Source: a virus
DNA: 64,000 nt
Virus record (IMG/VR): IMGVR_UViG_3300021964_010186
Coordinates: 1-64,000 of that record
Strand: one strand, 5' to 3'
The position numbers and the translations under genes were made by a program. The notes under the pieces are model-generated. The model was given only the letters and a program-made list of their open reading frames with translations. It searched no databases and was not told where the DNA came from. Shown here one piece after another: positions 9,798 through 18,445 of this stretch (position 1 is its first letter; each line of letters begins with the position of its first letter).

Positions 9798-10119
9798 AGT
9801 AGATGACATCGAAGAAAAGATAGAGGCACTTGAGGACAACCTGAGCCACATCAGGAAGATCACACCACAGCACGACGCCACGTGGTATGTGAAATGGATA
9901 TCAGTAGCATTCGTATGCATGGCGGTGCTGTGCAGGAGCGTGGAGGAGATACCAAAGATATATGATGTAACATTCAGCATCGTTGGTACCGCTGGTTGGT
10001 TATGGGTTGGTTTCAGATGGCACGACCGTGCCCTCATAGTTCTGAACACGATACTCTTATCTATGTTGGTGTCAGGTGCTTTCAGATTCTACATCACACA
10101 CTGGGGATGGATACAATGA
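9778..10119 (+). CDS. Small three-helix membrane protein
   Basis: WYVKWISVAF...GWLWVGFRWHDRALIVLN; three hydrophobic segments. Confidence 0.7.
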   Translation: MSVTPNRVDDIEEKIEALEDNLSHIRKITPQHDATWYVKWISVAFVCMAVLCRSVEEIPKIYDVTFSIVGTAGWLWVGFRWHDRALIVLNTILLSMLVSGAFRFYITHWGWIQ

Positions 10120-10580
10120 CCGAAGACGTAAAGAAGAGTTATTTCACCACAGGTCAGATGCGTAACGCACTGATACAGATAGAGGACAAGATGGTACACA
10201 GCAACTGGATGCCAAGTGTGGTGTTGGGCATCAACAGAGGTGGTTGCATACCAGGGGTGTACCTCTCGCACAGATTGAATGTGCCCCACGAAGCGCTGGA
10301 CATAAGATTACGAGATCACACCGCCAAACCTGATCTGCGTGTGTTGGAGAAAGCGTTTGCGTTCCAGAAGAAGATCTTGATCATTGACGACATCAATGAC
10401 TCCGGAGACACTTTCCAGTACATACTGGACAACTTTGGCAAGCGGGAGGATCGCATAAGGTTCGCGGCCCTGATCAACAACAAGCCCAGTAAGGTCAAAG
10501 TCGACTACCATGGATACCAGATCAACAAGGACGAGGTGTCCGCTTGGATAGTTTTCCCGTGGGAGGAATGGGACAAGTAA
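10116..10580 (+). CDS. Purine phosphoribosyltransferase (Gpt/xanthine-guanine PRT-like)
   Basis: GINRGG, ILIIDDINDSGDT PRPP-binding loop, WIVFPWE. Start ATG 10116. Confidence 0.88.
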   Translation: MTEDVKKSYFTTGQMRNALIQIEDKMVHSNWMPSVVLGINRGGCIPGVYLSHRLNVPHEALDIRLRDHTAKPDLRVLEKAFAFQKKILIIDDINDSGDTFQYILDNFGKREDRIRFAALINNKPSKVKVDYHGYQINKDEVSAWIVFPWEEWDK

Positions 10581-10593
10581 CACAAAAGTTACG

Positions 10594-10623
10594 TTGACAC
10601 ATCACTGGTAAATCTGCTAAAAT
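10594..10623 (+). promoter_or_regulatory. Sigma70 promoter of yhhQ
   Basis: TTGACA-18 nt-TAAAAT with extended -10 TGn; AAGGAGG SD before ATG 10660. Confidence 0.65.
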
Positions 10624-10659
10624 CACACTACATTAAACAAAAAACCTTAAGGAGGATTA

Positions 10660-11310
10660 ATGTTTAAATCACTACTAGCGGGTGTCGACAAGACACTTGT
10701 AAGAAATCTAGTTATCCTACACACGATAGTGATCGCTGTGTCGAATTATCTAGTCACGATCAGATTTGATCTGTTCCCAGGCGCGGACCTTCCATTGTTT
10801 GGATCGTTCCCACTTGCGGCGGCGGCATTCACATTCCCGATCGTGGTGGTCGCAACTGACCTGACGGTCAGGTTGGTCGGCAAACAAGCGGGAAGGGCCG
10901 TAGTTGCTATGGCTATCATTCCTGCCATCGTGGCATCAGTGCTTGTACTGTTGGCATTGGGTGACCCACACGCATACAGAGTTGGTTTTGCGAGTGGTAC
11001 CGCTTATGCTATCGGCACAATGCTTGATGTGTACGTGTTCCAAGCAATCAGAGAAAGATCAGACAATTGGTGGGCGGCACCGGCGATTTCAACCATCGCG
11101 GCCAACATCATTGACACCTATTCATTCTTCTATGTTGCCTTCGCAGGATCATTAGATGCTGAAGGTAATCTAAGTTGGATTGGTGCTAACTGGCACGTGG
11201 TTGCGCAGAACAACACCCTGACCAAGATTGTTGTGGGACTGATAGTGTTCCTACCAGCATACGGTGTGCTTCTATCTCATCTGAGAAACAAAGTAAAAGG
11301 TAAAAAATAG
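10660..11310 (+). CDS. yhhQ: Queuosine precursor (preQ0/preQ1) transporter, VUT family
   Basis: SNYLV, AFTFP..VATDLTVRL.G, ASGTAY..G..LDV.VF, WWAAP..ST...NIIDT..FF.VAF. Confidence 0.9.
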   Translation: MFKSLLAGVDKTLVRNLVILHTIVIAVSNYLVTIRFDLFPGADLPLFGSFPLAAAAFTFPIVVVATDLTVRLVGKQAGRAVVAMAIIPAIVASVLVLLALGDPHAYRVGFASGTAYAIGTMLDVYVFQAIRERSDNWWAAPAISTIAANIIDTYSFFYVAFAGSLDAEGNLSWIGANWHVVAQNNTLTKIVVGLIVFLPAYGVLLSHLRNKVKGKK

Positions 11311-11317
11311 TCGATCA

Positions 11318-11340
11318 GGGGGAGTTTTTTCGCTCCCCCC
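11318..11340 (+). terminator. GC-rich hairpin after yhhQ (probable terminator or processing stem)
   Basis: GGGGGAG-TTTTTTCG-CTCCCCC 7-bp stem. There is no clear U-tract on the + strand. Confidence 0.5.
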
Positions 11341-11360
11341 ATTGACAACTCATCTAAATA
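11341..11360. repeat. Direct repeat copy 1 (ATTGACAACTCATCTAAATA)
   Basis: 19/20 identical to 12981-13000. Confidence 0.85.
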
Positions 11361-11366
11361 ACTTAA

Positions 11367-12266
11367 ATGATTATACACACAATTGGTTGCAGTTTTACAA
11401 ACTACATATACCCGACTTGGGCTGATTACATCGATAAACATTATGATGCAACAGTTAACAACCTAGGATATCCTGCGCAAGGCAATGACACAATTAAAAA
11501 ACATCTATACACTATCGACAGGTCAGATCATGTTGTTATTATGTTTTCAGGATATGATAGAATCTCCGTAGGTGTCGATAAGGAGCATCTTTACCACAAC
11601 AACAACGATCATCTAACAACTGAAAAAATTAAATCTAGAAAACAAAATTTTTTTAGGAACGACTTACCATTTTCGGCCTTCGTGCCCGTCACATCAACTA
11701 TCCGGGATAAAATTTTTTCAAAGTTCCATATGATTTACAACACTTTGGAAATAATGTATGATTGCCAGAACTATCTTGAAAACAAAAATATAGACTACAC
11801 ATTTTGTCTATGGCAAGGTCTTTACAATAATATAAGAGTGCTGAGATCATTGAACATACCTAAGATAGATATTTCTGCTTTTATGTCGAACAAGATATAC
11901 AAAAAAGTATTTGAAAGTTTAAAAACAAACAAATTTGCACAACCATTGGACGAAGGACTCTGGGAAAATATTTTCAAAGATAAGGAATTAGTATTATCAC
12001 AAAGTACCGTAGACATACACCCCAGCAGTCTATGTCATTTTGTTTTTTTTAAAAAGTATCTGAAACCAATTTTAGATAAAAAATTTAAAAGTATCAACAA
12101 TTTACAAACACTAGAAGATAAATCAAAAAAATTCAGCAAATGGTATGCTGACTTAAATGCTGGGCAGATATCAAAAATATACCCCATACACGAATATCCA
12201 GATCCTGTCATGGAGGTACTACATAAGGCTAAGGATTACTTTTTCAAAGTATGGAACGACGCATGA
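11367..12266 (+). CDS. SGNH/GDSL-like protein (AT-rich cassette)
   Basis: N-terminal IGCSFT, NLGYPAQGN, C-terminal DIHPS. Confidence 0.55.
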   Translation: MIIHTIGCSFTNYIYPTWADYIDKHYDATVNNLGYPAQGNDTIKKHLYTIDRSDHVVIMFSGYDRISVGVDKEHLYHNNNDHLTTEKIKSRKQNFFRNDLPFSAFVPVTSTIRDKIFSKFHMIYNTLEIMYDCQNYLENKNIDYTFCLWQGLYNNIRVLRSLNIPKIDISAFMSNKIYKKVFESLKTNKFAQPLDEGLWENIFKDKELVLSQSTVDIHPSSLCHFVFFKKYLKPILDKKFKSINNLQTLEDKSKKFSKWYADLNAGQISKIYPIHEYPDPVMEVLHKAKDYFFKVWNDA

Positions 12267-12985
12267 TTACTGACCCACAGATTTTTGTAATATACGAACC
12301 CGGAATGTACGGAACCTTTATTTGTAGTCTTTTCACGGAACATGAACTTTACAAGGGTGTCCGATCGGATAGAAAGTTCCGAGGCAATGAATACCCTTTT
12401 AACGCACACAAGTCGGGGTACAAGGACAACTTACAAAATTTCCACAACCATTTTCATAGCATACCATTGTATCAAAAAAATCAGAACGAATTATTGGATT
12501 TTTTCCAGCCTTTGGACGGAGCAGGCCTTGGGGTGCATCGCTTGGCCAGTTATTATTTTACCAGGATAGATTTTGCAAGGTATTTTAAAAACTTCGTCAG
12601 AATAATAGTAAAAATAGATGCAACAAGAGTTAACTCGTATTTAGAAAGGTGGGATCAGACAGTACTCCATGAATACAAGGGACAATGGTGGATGAAAAAC
12701 TTTTCAAAAAAGGATTTGAACAAAGTTCCCAAGTGGTTTTTACAAAAGATGAGCCAAAATGAAAAACGTAAGTGGCTCCAGGAACACACAGATTTCTTAA
12801 ACAATGACTATGTAATCAATACAAAACATGATATCGAATTCAACCCTGATACCATTAGTAATGAAACATTGTTGAAAGGAATGACTGATGCCGTGTGTTC
12901 TTTATTGAGTATTGGAAATTTTGAATTACCTAGTAAAGAAATAAAAAATTTTATAGAAAAAAATAGAAAATTTCTATACTATTGA
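12263..12985 (+). CDS. Hypothetical protein, possible sulfotransferase/P-loop-like fold (AT-rich cassette)
   Basis: N-terminal FVIYEPGMYGTFI motif shared with the 14351 ORF; ATGA coupling at 12263. Confidence 0.5.
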   Translation: MITDPQIFVIYEPGMYGTFICSLFTEHELYKGVRSDRKFRGNEYPFNAHKSGYKDNLQNFHNHFHSIPLYQKNQNELLDFFQPLDGAGLGVHRLASYYFTRIDFARYFKNFVRIIVKIDATRVNSYLERWDQTVLHEYKGQWWMKNFSKKDLNKVPKWFLQKMSQNEKRKWLQEHTDFLNNDYVINTKHDIEFNPDTISNETLLKGMTDAVCSLLSIGNFELPSKEIKNFIEKNRKFLYY

Positions 12986-13000
12986 CAACTTATCTAAATA
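12981..13000. repeat. Direct repeat copy 2 (ATTGACAACTTATCTAAATA)
   Basis: 19/20 identical to 11341-11360; forms the -35 half of a promoter. Confidence 0.85.
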
Positions 13001-13010
13001 CCTTTATAAT
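12982..13010 (+). promoter_or_regulatory. Perfect-consensus sigma70 promoter with embedded TAAATA
   Basis: TTGACA(12982-12987)-17 nt-TATAAT(13005-13010); TAAATA at 12995-13000. Confidence 0.85.
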
Positions 13011-13030
13011 GTAACTTACAAGGAACAATA

Positions 13031-13426
13031 ATGGGCAACAAAGCAGGAAAGATCTGGGGGGAGACGGAACTCATATTAGCGAACAATTCATGCGAATTCC
13101 ATAGGATAGACTACAAGAAGGGCGGTGTGTGTAGTAAACACAAACACGAGTGGAAATGGAATGGATTCTATGTGGTATCTGGACAGATGAAGATCAGGGT
13201 ATGGCAAAAGGACTACGACCTTGTTGATGAGACCGTACTAAATCCGGGTGATTTCACAGCAGTCAAACCCGGACTTTATCATACGTTCGAAGGACTAGAA
13301 GACGGTGTAGCGTTTGAACTCTACTGGGCCAACTTCTCACACAACGACATAGTGAGGGAATCTGTGGGACATCTGAAGGATCCCGACGGTAAGATCGTAA
13401 GGCTGGACAAGAACAAGAAAAAATAA
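13031..13426 (+). CDS. Cupin domain protein (mannose-6-phosphate isomerase-like)
   Basis: KIWG, SKHKH, FYVVSG, LNPGD...PGLYHTF cupin motifs. Confidence 0.8.
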   Translation: MGNKAGKIWGETELILANNSCEFHRIDYKKGGVCSKHKHEWKWNGFYVVSGQMKIRVWQKDYDLVDETVLNPGDFTAVKPGLYHTFEGLEDGVAFELYWANFSHNDIVRESVGHLKDPDGKIVRLDKNKKK

Positions 13427-13436
13427 ATCCGGACAC

Positions 13437-14336
13437 ATGGAAACAGAGAAGAAATATTATTATTCAGAGATATTTCACAGCATACAAGGTGAAGGACACT
13501 ACACAGGCATTCCAACAGCATGGATAAGATTCTTCCTTTGTAATTTACAGTGCAGTGGATTCGGACAAGTGGATCCAACCAATCCAGACACATATGAACT
13601 TCCTTTTGAGGACTTTGACGTTGACAGTGTGAAGAGGGTTGAGGACTTACCCGTATGGGAAAAAGGCTGTGACTCCAGTTACACTTGGGCAAAGAAATTT
13701 AAGAAGTTGATGGGACACGAGACTCCAACTGTTATGGCTGACAAGATTGTAGACATACTTAAGACTGACACAAATACAAACGGATTGTTCTTACATCCAA
13801 ACTCAAAGCAACATCAACACTTATGTTTTACAGGTGGCGAACCACTAATGATAACAGGACAGGCCGCAAGTATGGGCATATACAAGTCATTAGAAAAGAG
13901 AGCAAACTTACCAAGTTCTATGACCTACGAAACAAATGGCACACAGAAACTTACTGATCCATTCAAACAATGGATAAAGGATATACCAGAAGAGATATTC
14001 TTCAGTGTGAGTCCTAAACTATTCACAGTATCAGGCGAGAAAACTGAGAAAGCAATTAAACCTGAGAACGTCAAAGAGTATGCAGAATGTTCAAACAAAG
14101 GACAACTTAAATTTGTTGTTGGGGCACAAAGACGGCAATGGGAGGAACTTGAAAACACAGTGAGAAAATTTAGAGAGGTAGGCATAGACTGGCCTGTGTG
14201 GATAATGCCAACAGGTGCAAGGGAAGAAGAGCAGACTGCGACCGCTGGCCGGGTGGCAGAAGAGGCATTCAAAAGAGGATACAATGTATCTGCGAGAGTA
14301 CACGTCTATCTATTCGGCAATGCAATAGGTACATAG
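13437..14336 (+). CDS. queE: 7-carboxy-7-deazaguanine synthase (radical SAM)
   Basis: SEIFHSIQGEG, IRFFLCNLQC...CDS, FTGGEP, ETNGT, SVSPKL, LKFVV, RVHVYLFGN. Confidence 0.88.
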   Translation: METEKKYYYSEIFHSIQGEGHYTGIPTAWIRFFLCNLQCSGFGQVDPTNPDTYELPFEDFDVDSVKRVEDLPVWEKGCDSSYTWAKKFKKLMGHETPTVMADKIVDILKTDTNTNGLFLHPNSKQHQHLCFTGGEPLMITGQAASMGIYKSLEKRANLPSSMTYETNGTQKLTDPFKQWIKDIPEEIFFSVSPKLFTVSGEKTEKAIKPENVKEYAECSNKGQLKFVVGAQRRQWEELENTVRKFREVGIDWPVWIMPTGAREEEQTATAGRVAEEAFKRGYNVSARVHVYLFGNAIGT

Positions 14337-14350
14337 GAGTACTATTTCAT

Positions 14351-15265
14351 ATGAACAAATTACTTAAGGTAACTTATCAAGGTGGTTGTCACGGACATTT
14401 CCTAGTATACTTTTTAGATAGATTCAGTTCACTTACACCTCCAATCAATGAACTACCATTTACGGACAACGGAACCAGTCACGTCGATATACAATATTCA
14501 GGCATGATAGAACAAACATGGGTACCATTGGACAAATTTGAAGACAACATAGAGCCTGTAGTATTCATCACAATTGATCCGGAGGACATTATTTTCTTAG
14601 AGCGTTGGGTCAACATACGAGCCGATGATCACAAAATAGATGTTAACAAAGACTTCTTAAGTGATAGACAAATTGAAACACTACAATGGCGTGAACGATT
14701 GAAAAATATGTACAACATCACAGGCAATATAGTGCCACGTTGTGTTAAAAGAGACTTGTACAAAATGGGATATCTTGATCCCATGACTAGTGGATTCTTG
14801 ATACTAGATAAGCAATCTAAAAAAATTTTACCAAAAAATTCATTATGCGTTCCTGTGTCAGACTTTTGGGATAAAAAAAGATTTCAAGACATGATATGGC
14901 GTATTAATTCCAAGACAAATTTGCAGATTGAAAATGTAGACTGGTCTGTGTATGACGAGTTTTACAAAAGAATACAATTCATTGACACGAGACACAGAGT
15001 ACATCAAGTCATAGAATGCATAAACAATAGTAAAGAAATGGACCTTAGCGATCTAGATGTGGTAGAAGAAGGATACATCAGTGCATATTTAGAAAAGCAT
15101 AACGACTTTGTAAATGTACCATTCTGTAATAGTTTTTTTGCCAACACCAAAGAAATCTCTGAATGGCTTAAGATTTATCCCCAGCATCTCAAAGCAATGA
15201 ATCCAAATTTACCAACATTTAACGGAATTGCAAATCCTTATCACTTGGCAAAATTGAAAAAATAG
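14351..15265 (+). CDS. Hypothetical protein, possible sulfotransferase/P-loop-like fold (AT-rich)
   Basis: Start ATG 14351 after an AGGAG SD; N-terminal KVTYQGGCHGHFL. Confidence 0.55.
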   Translation: MNKLLKVTYQGGCHGHFLVYFLDRFSSLTPPINELPFTDNGTSHVDIQYSGMIEQTWVPLDKFEDNIEPVVFITIDPEDIIFLERWVNIRADDHKIDVNKDFLSDRQIETLQWRERLKNMYNITGNIVPRCVKRDLYKMGYLDPMTSGFLILDKQSKKILPKNSLCVPVSDFWDKKRFQDMIWRINSKTNLQIENVDWSVYDEFYKRIQFIDTRHRVHQVIECINNSKEMDLSDLDVVEEGYISAYLEKHNDFVNVPFCNSFFANTKEISEWLKIYPQHLKAMNPNLPTFNGIANPYHLAKLKK

Positions 15266-15273
15266 TGTATAAT
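15245..15273 (+). promoter_or_regulatory. Sigma70 promoter
   Basis: TTGGCA-17 nt-TATAAT; ATG 15281 follows 7 nt after the -10 box. Confidence 0.65.
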
Positions 15274-15280
15274 TAGATAT

Positions 15281-15613
15281 ATGAAAGTTAAAAAAACAGC
15301 AAAGACAACTATAAAAAAGAAGAACACAAAAGATTCTAAAACTAAAAAGAGCGAGGAGCCGATTGTGAAAGTTTTGAATCTCAACGTCAATCCTGAGAAT
15401 CCACGAAATGGTTTCTTTGAACTGGACTGGAACGACGAGTTCGTGAACATGCTGAAGCAGTCAGGCTACCAAGGCCAGACTGACGAGGAGATCGTGGACA
15501 GATGGTTCCAGACACTGTGCAGGACCATAGGCAACGAACAGGGCATAGATGTCACCGGATCTGGCTATGTGCAGATCAACCGTAGGGACGATGGCAAGAC
15601 AGAGGTGTCGTAA
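15281..15613 (+). CDS. Conserved phage hypothetical protein
   Basis: Lys-rich N-terminus, NPRNGFFELDWNDEFV...EEIVDRWF; TAATG coupling to the exonuclease. Confidence 0.75.
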   Translation: MKVKKTAKTTIKKKNTKDSKTKKSEEPIVKVLNLNVNPENPRNGFFELDWNDEFVNMLKQSGYQGQTDEEIVDRWFQTLCRTIGNEQGIDVTGSGYVQINRRDDGKTEVS

Positions 15614-16596
15614 TGGCACACATTCTAGTAGACACAGCAAACACATTCTTCAGAGCTAGACACGTGATCAGAGGAGACACCTCCGAGAAAGTGGGTATGG
15701 CCATACACATCATGATGAATTCAATCAAGAAGGCCTGGCAGGATTTCAATGGCACCCACGTGGTGTTTTGCCTGGAGGGCAGGAGTTGGAGGAAGGATCA
15801 CTACGCACCCTATAAACGCAACCGTAAAGAACTGGCTGACGCCATGACTGAGAAGGAGAAGGAAGAGAACGAGGTGTTCTGGGAGGTTTATGATGATTTC
15901 GTTGACTTCGTCAAGACCAAGACCAACTGCACGGTGCTACGCAACGAGAGGACGGAAGCGGACGACCTCATAGCAAGATGGATTGACAAACATCCAGACC
16001 AGGATCACGTGATCATCAGCACGGACAAGGATCTAAATCAATTAGTGGCACCCAACGTCAAACAATACAATGGAGTGACTGAGACAACACTCACACACGA
16101 GGGCTGGTTCGACTCAAAGGGCAACGCCGTCATAGACAAGAAATTAAAAGCACCAAAGCCTGCACCCGACACGGAATGGATCGTGTTCGAGAAGGCTATG
16201 AGGGGTGATCCGAGTGACAACATCTTCAGTGCGTACCCAGGAGTGCGTACTAAGGGCACCAAGAACAAGATAGGATTACAAGAAGCATACGCAGACCGAC
16301 ACGAGAAGGGATACACATGGAACAACCTTATGCTGAGCAAATGGGTGGATCATGAGGGCAAAGAACACAGGGTTTTAGAGGACTACGAGAGGAATAAGTT
16401 ACTAGTGGACCTACACGCACAGCCGGAGGCAATCATAGAAGAACTGGACCAGACCATAGCACAGGCCAAGAGCGAGAACAAGAGCATAGATCAAGTCGGG
16501 ATCAGATTCATGAGGTTCTGTGGCAAGTACGATTTAAATAGGATTAGTGAGCAGGCACAACTGTATGTTGAGCCATTTAACGCGAGGTTATCATGA
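15613..16596 (+). CDS. 5'-3' exonuclease / T4 RNase H-like flap endonuclease
   Basis: ILVD, SWRK..Y..YK.NR, EADDLIA, ISTDKDL.QL, GDPSDNI...PGV. Confidence 0.9.
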   Translation: MAHILVDTANTFFRARHVIRGDTSEKVGMAIHIMMNSIKKAWQDFNGTHVVFCLEGRSWRKDHYAPYKRNRKELADAMTEKEKEENEVFWEVYDDFVDFVKTKTNCTVLRNERTEADDLIARWIDKHPDQDHVIISTDKDLNQLVAPNVKQYNGVTETTLTHEGWFDSKGNAVIDKKLKAPKPAPDTEWIVFEKAMRGDPSDNIFSAYPGVRTKGTKNKIGLQEAYADRHEKGYTWNNLMLSKWVDHEGKEHRVLEDYERNKLLVDLHAQPEAIIEELDQTIAQAKSENKSIDQVGIRFMRFCGKYDLNRISEQAQLYVEPFNARLS

Positions 16597-17375
16597 ACAT
16601 TGGATTCATAGGGTTGGGCGAAATAGGTACCCATATAGCGACCAATTTGGTCAAAAATAAATTTAAAATTTCTGTTTATAATAGAACTGTTAGCAAAGCA
16701 AAAAAATTTGCAGTAAAATTTAGATGCGATCACAAAGAATCAATAGAAACTCTTTGTAAGAATAAAAAAATAATTATATTGTGTTTAACAACTAACGCCG
16801 TTGTTGAGTCTGTCACAGATAAAATAATAAAACATATCAACCCCGGAGCCATTATAATAGACCATAGCACTATCGATTATCAAGTTTCTAAAAAAATTTA
16901 TAATAAAGCAAAGAAAAAGAAAATTAATTTTCTTGATGCTCCAATAACAGGAGGAGTAATTGGTGCAAAACAAGGAAAATCAGTGATAATGATTGGTGGT
17001 GATAATTCTGCTTTTCAAAAAACTAAAAAAATCATGCAGTCATATTCAAAAGTATTGGAATATATGGGTGGCTCTGGACAAGGACAACTCACTAAAATAT
17101 CAAACCAAATTGTAGTGTTTAACATAACTCAAGGACTATTAGAGGGATTACATTTTGCCAATAGGTATAAAATTCAAAGAAACAAATTAGTAAAAGTGCT
17201 ATTGAACGGTTCGGCGCATTCTTATCAAATTGCAAAACATATTAAAGCGATTTTAAAAAAAACTTATGAAAAAAAGAAACATCATTCGGTTAAAGAAATA
17301 GGAATCACTTTAAAAAATGCGAAGAATAAAAAATTGCGATTGCCCTGTACGGAACAAATTGCTAAAATAATTTAA
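16593..17375 (+). CDS. NAD(P)-dependent beta-hydroxyacid dehydrogenase (GarR/3-hydroxyisobutyrate dehydrogenase family), very AT-rich
   Basis: IGFIGLGEIG, YNRT, IIDHST, FLDAPITGG, MIGG, GQGQLTK..NQ. Confidence 0.85.
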   Translation: MNIGFIGLGEIGTHIATNLVKNKFKISVYNRTVSKAKKFAVKFRCDHKESIETLCKNKKIIILCLTTNAVVESVTDKIIKHINPGAIIIDHSTIDYQVSKKIYNKAKKKKINFLDAPITGGVIGAKQGKSVIMIGGDNSAFQKTKKIMQSYSKVLEYMGGSGQGQLTKISNQIVVFNITQGLLEGLHFANRYKIQRNKLVKVLLNGSAHSYQIAKHIKAILKKTYEKKKHHSVKEIGITLKNAKNKKLRLPCTEQIAKII

Positions 17376-17377
17376 AA

Positions 17378-17869
17378 ATGACAATAAATGCAAAAATATT
17401 AGTTAAAGATCGATTCTGGATCGTTGAAGAGAACGGAAAAAAATTAGGTACACTTCAAAAGCAAGAAAATAATGGATGGATCTTTCTAAGTAAAACAGAT
17501 TCTAGACAGGTGTTCCACACGCAGGAGAGCTTGTTCACCAAATTTGGTGTAGACATTTTTGTCGAGTCAAACACTCCAAAACCAAATGATGAAATACAAA
17601 CAGACAATTTCAAAGTGCATGATTATCCGTGTAGCCAGTATCCTTATAATCCAATGTTTGACGTACAGAAGCAATTACCAGTCTACACGAAGACACCCAA
17701 GAGTAAGAGCCAGTTCTGTGCGGGTTACTACATCATATGTTTCGAGAAGGGCTGGCGCAAGGCCTACTGTCCAAAGATGATCACGCTGTCGAGATATGAG
17801 TACAAGGGACCAATGAAAACCAAGATAGAAATGCAACAGGTACTGAACAATGCCGTCAAACAATTCTAA
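17378..17869 (+). CDS. Conserved phage hypothetical protein
   Basis: FWIVEENGKKLGTL, LPVYTK..KSKS.FCAGYY.I.F..GW.KAYCPK.ITL.RY.YKGP. Confidence 0.75.
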   Translation: MTINAKILVKDRFWIVEENGKKLGTLQKQENNGWIFLSKTDSRQVFHTQESLFTKFGVDIFVESNTPKPNDEIQTDNFKVHDYPCSQYPYNPMFDVQKQLPVYTKTPKSKSQFCAGYYIICFEKGWRKAYCPKMITLSRYEYKGPMKTKIEMQQVLNNAVKQF

Positions 17870-18104
17870 GATTCAAACTAGACCCATAGAGGACCTCATA
17901 GGTAGGATCAGAACCCTAAGACAAAAGGGCGAGAGACAGATCGTTATACCAGCCCGGGAGGCGGACCAATTGGCGGACAGTCTCGCCCAAGTGATGACAA
18001 GAATGGTTACCATACAGGAAGAGATCATAGATGCACTAAAAATAGCCAGAGAGGCACAGACCATCAACATAGAGATGGACGGCGGCGAGTTCAATAAGAA
18101 ATAG
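17850..18104 (+). CDS. Hypothetical protein
   Basis: 84 aa helical ORF ending IEMDGGEF. Confidence 0.7.
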   Translation: MPSNNSKIQTRPIEDLIGRIRTLRQKGERQIVIPAREADQLADSLAQVMTRMVTIQEEIIDALKIAREAQTINIEMDGGEFNKK

Positions 18105-18147
18105 TTCCCCAAATATCTGGTAAATATAGTTGCAGAGGTGTACAACT

Positions 18148-18435
18148 ATGAGCAGACCAAAACCCACAGTGTTATTACAACACAGTAACAAGACCACGTT
18201 CAAACTGGACGAAGTCCTGGCGGCCGAGGGCATCTGGGCGGTCTTCTACGATGGTAAACCCATCAACCTGAAATCGTCAAGTTTGGTGGCCAACTACCCA
18301 GGTCCCAAGTACAAGAAGGTCTCATTCTCGAACCCCGGACACGCGGAGAACCTGGCCAAGAAGTTGAACGCACAACACAACACCGACAAGTTTGGCGTGT
18401 ACCTACTTAAAACAGGCGAAAAGTTCAGCCGTTAA
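18148..18435 (+). CDS. Conserved phage hypothetical protein
   Basis: MSRPKP...GIWAVFYDGKPINLK...YPGPKYKKVSFSNPGHA; GAGG SD and TAAATA (18121) upstream. Confidence 0.8.
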   Translation: MSRPKPTVLLQHSNKTTFKLDEVLAAEGIWAVFYDGKPINLKSSSLVANYPGPKYKKVSFSNPGHAENLAKKLNAQHNTDKFGVYLLKTGEKFSR

Positions 18436-18445
18436 TATCCTTCAT

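Noticed and set aside
10581-10660. preQ1 riboswitch upstream of yhhQ
   Set aside because: No preQ1-I stem/loop with pairing tail can be formed; the space is occupied by a promoter, an A-tract and the SD.
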